19,792 bases of DNA, taken from Candidatus Bathyarchaeia archaeon. Its GTDB lineage: Archaea; Thermoproteota; Bathyarchaeia; Bathyarchaeales; Bathycorpusculaceae. The stretch's first letter is position 1, and each line of letters starts with the position of its first letter. A model generated the notes under the pieces. It worked only from the letters and a program-made list of their open reading frames with translations. It was not told the origin of the DNA and did no database searches. Below, in pieces: positions 16,897 through 19,792 of the stretch. The stretch covers positions 1-19,792 of the forward strand of contig JBEKKK010000008.1 of the NCBI GenBank assembly GCA_050010755.1, given 5' to 3'. Both the position numbers and the translations under genes were made by a program.

Positions 16897-17181
16897 ATGT
16901 ACGAGAATCACACTCTCACGCTTTTGCTGGGTCACAGTGGCTATATTGATAGTGCCGAAACACCGCACTTACAAAGAATGCTCAGAGTTTTTCTTGAGGA
17001 CGGAAATGGTTCGATTCAAGAAATTTCTTGGTGTGCTATTCACGGCAAAACAGAAGGTGTGAAGGTCACACGCTCAGAAGAGGAAATCAAGCTCACACCG
17101 AAACAAGTAGTCGAGAAGCTCAAGACGAACAAATACAAATTGTTCGATAACGAGAAGCTTGAGCTTTCAAATCTAGGTTAA
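16897..17181 (+). CDS. Hypothetical protein; frame open upstream to 16753
   Basis: 94-aa ORF inside the operon, with 48 extra open codons that lack a canonical start. Confidence 0.65.
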   Translation: MYENHTLTLLLGHSGYIDSAETPHLQRMLRVFLEDGNGSIQEISWCAIHGKTEGVKVTRSEEEIKLTPKQVVEKLKTNKYKLFDNEKLELSNLG

Positions 17182-17185
17182 AGAG

Positions 17186-17446
17186 GTGATATGTACGAGC
17201 AACAATAACGAAACGGGAAAAGACATCGAGCTAAACATCGATGAGGTCAAGCGCAAACAGAGAGCTAAGAAAGAACCTCAGAATCCGATAGTGGACGAAA
17301 GACTTCACGGCGGCGATAAGATTCAGCAAATTGACATCGAGAAAGAGGTTAGCTATCCTTTCACAGATGTGACGAAGCAAAAGAATCGTCCTAAGAGAGC
17401 ACCGAGTCGGACGCTCCCGTGGGAGACAGAAACGAAAACTGAATAA
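17186..17446 (+). CDS. Hypothetical charged protein (start uncertain)
   Basis: GAGGTGA RBS at 17183-17189 overlaps the called GTG; in-frame ACG at 17195. Confidence 0.65.
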   Translation: MICTSNNNETGKDIELNIDEVKRKQRAKKEPQNPIVDERLHGGDKIQQIDIEKEVSYPFTDVTKQKNRPKRAPSRTLPWETETKTE

Positions 17447-17550
17447 AATCAGTACGAAGACACGAAGGTTTCTTCATGATGGTCGTATTGACAGTTTCGG
17501 ACATGTTTCCTTCGTGCCTTCTTAATCACAGTAATTAAAAGGTGAAAAAT

Positions 17551-18174
17551 ATGGTGAAAAGAGTAACGAAAGAGCAACAGAAAAAGCTCGAAGACGAAGA
17601 AAACGAAGAAAAGATAGAGGTCACTATTCAAGAAAACAGTGAAATCGAAGAATCCCAGAGCACTAGCGAAATCGACACGAAAGAACAAATCGAGCAAGAG
17701 CTTGACTATCAGCAAGAGCTTGAGAAATGGTTTAAGGACCTAGAGCAAAAGCATCCTATCGAGTATGTGAACGAGCTTAGAAAGAAGATTAACGCTCAGA
17801 GAGAGCTTAAAGCATGGTTCGGTTCTGAGCAATGGCTCAAGACTTTTAGAAACTTACAACTCAAGCAACTCGAAACTATCGACAAACAGAACGAAGAAAT
17901 CACTCAAAAGGTATTAGAGTACACCGAAAAATCACAAGAGCGTATCGAAAAGTTTCTTGAAGATTTTGACGCTCGTGACGAACAGCTTAACAAAAAACTT
18001 CTTGGGTTGCTGGAAAGAAGCGAAGAACGAGATAGAAAATATTACGAACGACTCAACTCAGATTTGGATTTGGACATTAAAAGAGACAGTGAATGGTCCG
18101 AGAAAACCCTAGAGCTTGCGAAGTTGAAAAAAAAGGTTTACGAAGCTCAACTCGAAAACGAAAGGCGAAAGTAG
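17551..18174 (+). CDS. Hypothetical E/K/Q-rich coiled-coil protein
   Basis: AGGTGA RBS before ATG 17551; helical charged composition. Confidence 0.8.
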   Translation: MVKRVTKEQQKKLEDEENEEKIEVTIQENSEIEESQSTSEIDTKEQIEQELDYQQELEKWFKDLEQKHPIEYVNELRKKINAQRELKAWFGSEQWLKTFRNLQLKQLETIDKQNEEITQKVLEYTEKSQERIEKFLEDFDARDEQLNKKLLGLLERSEERDRKYYERLNSDLDLDIKRDSEWSEKTLELAKLKKKVYEAQLENERRK

Positions 18175-18176
18175 AA

Positions 18177-18371
18177 TTGCCTTACTGTAGCTACTGCAAA
18201 AGAAAAATTCCGAGACATCTAGCTACTTATGTTTCTGGAAAAGTCTTCTGCAATCTTGACCACTCACAGAAATACGAGCGAAAGCAAGAGCGCATTAAGA
18301 AACGACTCGAACGAGAAGCTCAAGCTCAACGAGAACAAATGAGTATTCTAGTGTGGACGGGAGAAGATTGA
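18177..18371 (+). CDS. Small zinc-finger protein (CxxC...FCxxxH)
   Basis: GGCGA RBS, TTG 18177; YCSYC...GKVFCNLDH. Confidence 0.65.
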   Translation: MPYCSYCKRKIPRHLATYVSGKVFCNLDHSQKYERKQERIKKRLEREAQAQREQMSILVWTGED

Positions 18372-18688
18372 GAACCGTAACATGTGCCAATTGTGGAAAA
18401 ATCTTCGAGACTACTCAACGCAATAAGAAGTTTTGCTCAGAAGCATGTTCTCGTGACGCTTATGAAAAGAGAATCCGTGTCGAACCGCTTAGTAAAATCT
18501 GTTTGTGGTGTAAACAAGAATTCAAGACTCATGCACCGTTCTGTCGTTTTTGCTCGACTGAGTGCAATAATAGCTTTCGGTCCGTCCGAGACTCAATCAT
18601 GAAACGCTATAGTTTCGAACCTCAGAATCGTGACCACGAGCTTGAACGACTCGAAAAAGAAGGAAAGAACTATGTCGGAACAAATTAA
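18368..18688 (+). CDS. Double TRASH/treble-clef-type zinc-finger protein
   Basis: CANCGKIF...KFCSEAC and CLWCKQEF...RFCSTEC; TTG start overlaps the previous stop. Confidence 0.75.
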   Translation: MRTVTCANCGKIFETTQRNKKFCSEACSRDAYEKRIRVEPLSKICLWCKQEFKTHAPFCRFCSTECNNSFRSVRDSIMKRYSFEPQNRDHELERLEKEGKNYVGTN

Positions 18689-19073
18689 AGTTCTCAAGTG
18701 CTCAAGATGTCATCGAACCGTGACCGTGCCTTCGAGCTACGATTTCAAGACTTGTGCTGAATGTCGAGCGGATATGAAAAGACGCTACGAAGAAGACGAA
18801 GAAGAGCTTAGTGAAGAATGTCGAGCTTTCAGAGAGCATCCAGAGGACCCTTTCTTATACGATTCTCACTTACCGTATTGTAAGAAGTGTAAGAGATGGT
18901 TAGCTAACCGTCAACGAGCACAAGAGGAAAACGACTATTGGGCACAAGAGATTCATAAAAGTCTGGGTGAATGCGGGGGAGAAAACGGTTTAGGTTGGCA
19001 AGATTGTACGGACCAAAACGACAAAGATATTCTTGACGCAATCGGACCCAAAAAGAAAGAGGGAGAAGAATAA
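18672..19073 (+). CDS. Zinc-finger protein with acidic regions
   Basis: CSRC...CAEC and H...CKKC motifs; ATG 18672 overlaps the upstream gene. Confidence 0.7.
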   Translation: MSEQIKVLKCSRCHRTVTVPSSYDFKTCAECRADMKRRYEEDEEELSEECRAFREHPEDPFLYDSHLPYCKKCKRWLANRQRAQEENDYWAQEIHKSLGECGGENGLGWQDCTDQNDKDILDAIGPKKKEGEE

Positions 19074-19080
19074 CGGTCAC

Positions 19081-19338
19081 GAGCTTAGGGTTTGCTGTTT
19101 CACCTCACTTACTTCTAGGCTCAAGACTTTTGGCTCGTAGTTTTGGGCGACATCTACGAGCCACTATTAACAATTGTTGTTTTCACAGTCACGGACGGAC
19201 GGTCCGAGCAAATTGAGGATGACTCTTGAGGTCACTACGAGAATCCCAAATCTCAAATCAGTCATGTCAAGAGGACGAACGGTTAAGTGAAGAGTTACGA
19301 ACTTCACAATTTAACCGACTCGAACCGCTCTCCATGAC
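19081..19338 (+). other. Intergenic multi-hairpin region
   Basis: Stems 19081-90/19113-22, 19131-40/19154-63, 19192-206, 19220-34, 19280-92/19302-17, 19261-66/19333-38. Confidence 0.55.
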
Positions 19339-19388
19339 ACTTAACGAAAAATAGAAAAAAGTCGGAAAGAAGAGGGAGATAAGGACCG

Positions 19389-19466
19389 CTATAAATCATC
19401 TTCGGGGTCGGGGTCTTCGTCATCGAATCCTGTTTCGTCTGGGTCCTCTGGCTCTTCTTCGTTCAT
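19389..19466 (-). CDS. 25-aa hyper-acidic microprotein
   Basis: MNEEEPEDPDETGFDDEDPDPEDDL; GGTGA RBS (19471-19475) overlaps the upstream stop. Confidence 0.55.
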   Translation of the reverse strand: MNEEEPEDPDETGFDDEDPDPEDDL

Positions 19467-19470
19467 GATT

Positions 19471-19641
19471 TCACCGTCCTTCTAGGTGTTTTAAAGCGTC
19501 TTGTTGATACCATGCTTCACGGCATTCAAGACGGCAAAAGTCGAGCGTTTCGGTTTTTCCGTCTTCCGTGCGTATTGTGTAATAATGCGGTTTGTCGATG
19601 TCTAAGAGTTTTCCGCAATGGTCACACTTTTTCATTCTCAT
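19471..19641 (-). CDS. Small TRASH/zf-FCS-like zinc-finger protein
   Basis: CDHCGK...DFCRLEC; GGTGA RBS before ATG 19641. Confidence 0.7.
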   Translation of the reverse strand: MRMKKCDHCGKLLDIDKPHYYTIRTEDGKTETLDFCRLECREAWYQQDALKHLEGR

Positions 19642-19792
19642 GCTTATCACCTTCTGATAGGAATTCTCTGAGTATTTCATTCTCCCTTTTTGTCTCTTCG
19701 ATGTGTTTCTTCATTGCTTCCTTACTTGGAAATACCACCTTTCCAGACTCGAACTTATGCTCTTCAAAGTTAACCTGTCTTTTGGCAAGAAT
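19622..19792 (-). CDS. 3' end of an unknown gene (runs off the right edge)
   Basis: Open frame ILAKRQVNFEEHKFESGKVVFPSKEAMKKHIEETKRENEILREFLSEGDKHENEKV* overlapping the next start. Confidence 0.55.
   Translation of the reverse strand: MLAKRQVNFEEHKFESGKVVFPSKEAMKKHIEETKRENEILREFLSEGDKHENEKV

Larger units (their letters stand above)
11721..19792. mobile_element. Probable integrated virus/plasmid-like element; left boundary approximate, continues past the right edge
   Basis: Lower GC by eye, no GATC/GGCC/CCGG found, small overlapping orphan ORFs, RHH and Zn-finger genes, nuclease. No hallmark mobility gene in the window. Confidence 0.65.

Overview
Archaeal DNA (BRE/TATA promoters, GGTGA-type RBSs, frequent TTG/GTG starts); PQQ-propeller and dockerin/CARDB surface proteins suggest Bathyarchaeia, which is an inference. 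The window has two halves. 1-~11720 is a host-like mosaic of mostly stand-alone genes: surface and membrane proteins, a DUF5678-like plus retropepsin pair, an NDH-2-like and an MDR oxidoreductase. ~11720-19792 is a more AT-rich, mobile-element-like segment in which I found no GATC, GGCC or CCGG by manual scan. It holds repeats, a cloverleaf tRNA-like RNA candidate, three cargo genes, an Mrr-like PD-(D/E)xK nuclease with a duplicated promoter and a candidate antisense sRNA, and an RHH-led operon of small coiled-coil and zinc-finger genes. No integrase, replication or virion gene is visible. The main unexplained signals are a palindromic octamer GCRCGYGC at most gene boundaries, the nuclease/sRNA pair, the tRNA-like RNA, and a shared 16-bp TTAA-N8-TTAA operator. 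All protein calls come from motif recognition by eye, not database searches.
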